From contig RHBP01000001.1 of the NCBI GenBank assembly GCA_010030955.1, positions 1-35,596 of the forward strand: a stretch of 35,596 bases of DNA, read 5' to 3'. This DNA comes from Synechococcaceae bacterium WBB_10_009 (GTDB lineage Bacteria; Cyanobacteriota; Cyanobacteriia; PCC-6307; Cyanobiaceae). Positions 34,817 to 35,596 of the stretch are shown in pieces; the first letter of the stretch is position 1; each line of letters starts with the position of its first letter. The notes under the pieces were generated by a model, which worked only from the letters and a program-made list of their open reading frames with translations, ran no database searches and was not told the DNA's origin. Position numbers and translations under genes: made by a program.

Positions 34817-35596
34817 CTACGCCGCCAGGCGTTGCTTGAGGTGATCGCCCACCCGGATCGCATTGGCGATGGCGGTGAGCGATGGGTTCACCGCGCCGAT
34901 GCTCGGGAAGAAGCTGGTGTCCACCACGTAGAGGTTGTCGAGCTCGTGGGCCTTGCAGTTCACATCGAGCACCGAGGTGGCGGGATCGGTGCCGAAACGG
35001 CAGGTGCCCACCTGGTGGCCCACGGCGGCGATGCCCATCGGGTTCTTGACGTAGATCTGCCGCTCCACCAGGTGCTTTTTGAGGTAGAGCTTGTCGAGCA
35101 GGCCCTGCAAACGCCCCCACAGCCGATCGGCGGAGGTCTGGTTGTTCACCGTGTAGTTGAGGTGAATCTGCCCGGCTGCATCCACCGTGACCCGGTTGTT
35201 GGGGTCGGGCAGGTCTTCCGTGGTGATCCAGAAATCCAGGGCATGGGCCGCGATCTCATCCATGCCCCAGTTGGGCATCAGGAAGGTTTCCAGCGGCGCA
35301 TAGCCCTTCATGATCGCGCCGCGGGTCTTGCCGGTCATCTGAATGTTGCCCATCGGGTAGTCGTAGTCGGCATCCCCGAAATACCAGTCGTTGATGGAGA
35401 TCGTCTTCTGGAAGATGGTGGGGTTGGGCTCGTGGGACAGCGCCACCGCCGCCTTGCTGTTGTGGAACATGTAATTGCGCCCCACCTGATCGGAGCCGTT
35501 GGCCAGGCCGCGGGGGTGCTTGTCGTTGGCGGACATCAACAGCAACCGGGCGCTGTTGGCCGCACCGCAGCTCACCACCACCAGATCCGCGGAATA
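34817..35596 (-). CDS. GMC-family oxidoreductase, C-terminal part (start lies beyond the window)
   Basis: GAANSARLLL, VGRNYMFH, HQVGTCRFG, NLYVVDTSFFP and NPSLT. Confidence 0.93.
   Translation of the reverse strand, partial: YSADLVVVSCGAANSARLLLMSANDKHPRGLANGSDQVGRNYMFHNSKAAVALSHEPNPTIFQKTISINDWYFGDADYDYPMGNIQMTGKTRGAIMKGYAPLETFLMPNWGMDEIAAHALDFWITTEDLPDPNNRVTVDAAGQIHLNYTVNNQTSADRLWGRLQGLLDKLYLKKHLVERQIYVKNPMGIAAVGHQVGTCRFGTDPATSVLDVNCKAHELDNLYVVDTSFFPSIGAVNPSLTAIANAIRVGDHLKQRLAA

Noticed and set aside
1-35596. CRISPR arrays, tRNA or rRNA genes, integrases, transposases and phage genes
   Set aside because: No repeat-spacer periodicity, cloverleaf signatures or recombinase motifs were seen, and the intergenic gaps are short.

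Overview
GC-rich picocyanobacterial chromosome segment. A Cyanobium/Synechococcus-type host is inferred from the HLIPs, phycocyanin beta, the RpaB-like regulator and the FutA/FutB genes. About 45 genes can be supported; no rRNA, tRNA, CRISPR array or intact transposase is visible. Left to right: thioredoxin-like fragment, DedA, two tandem HLIPs, an RpaB/SrrA-like response regulator, DUF4912, a pentameric ligand-gated ion channel homologue, an L,D-transpeptidase-like gene, a candidate ~120-nt structured sRNA, a FitAB/VapBC-type toxin-antitoxin pair, nitroreductase, ArsM-like methyltransferase, an orphan cpcB, several redox genes, a Nif11-type peptide with DUF3500, and thiD. Then come three modules: (1) a sulfane-sulfur cluster (BigR/SqrR-like ArsR, SAM methyltransferase, persulfide dioxygenase-rhodanese fusion, rhodanese-DUF2892, TauE, frameshifted DUF302) with three copies of an ATGC-N8-(G/T)CAT operator-like motif; (2) an iron module (CRP-family regulator with Fur-like boxes, futA, futB, CRP-like box); (3) a putative sugar uptake and oxidation module (GMC oxidoreductase, MFS, outer-membrane barrel, gluconolactonase, glucose-1-dehydrogenase-like SDR, a channel with a degenerate filter, ClC). 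All calls come from visual motif recognition with no database search, and several start codons are estimates.
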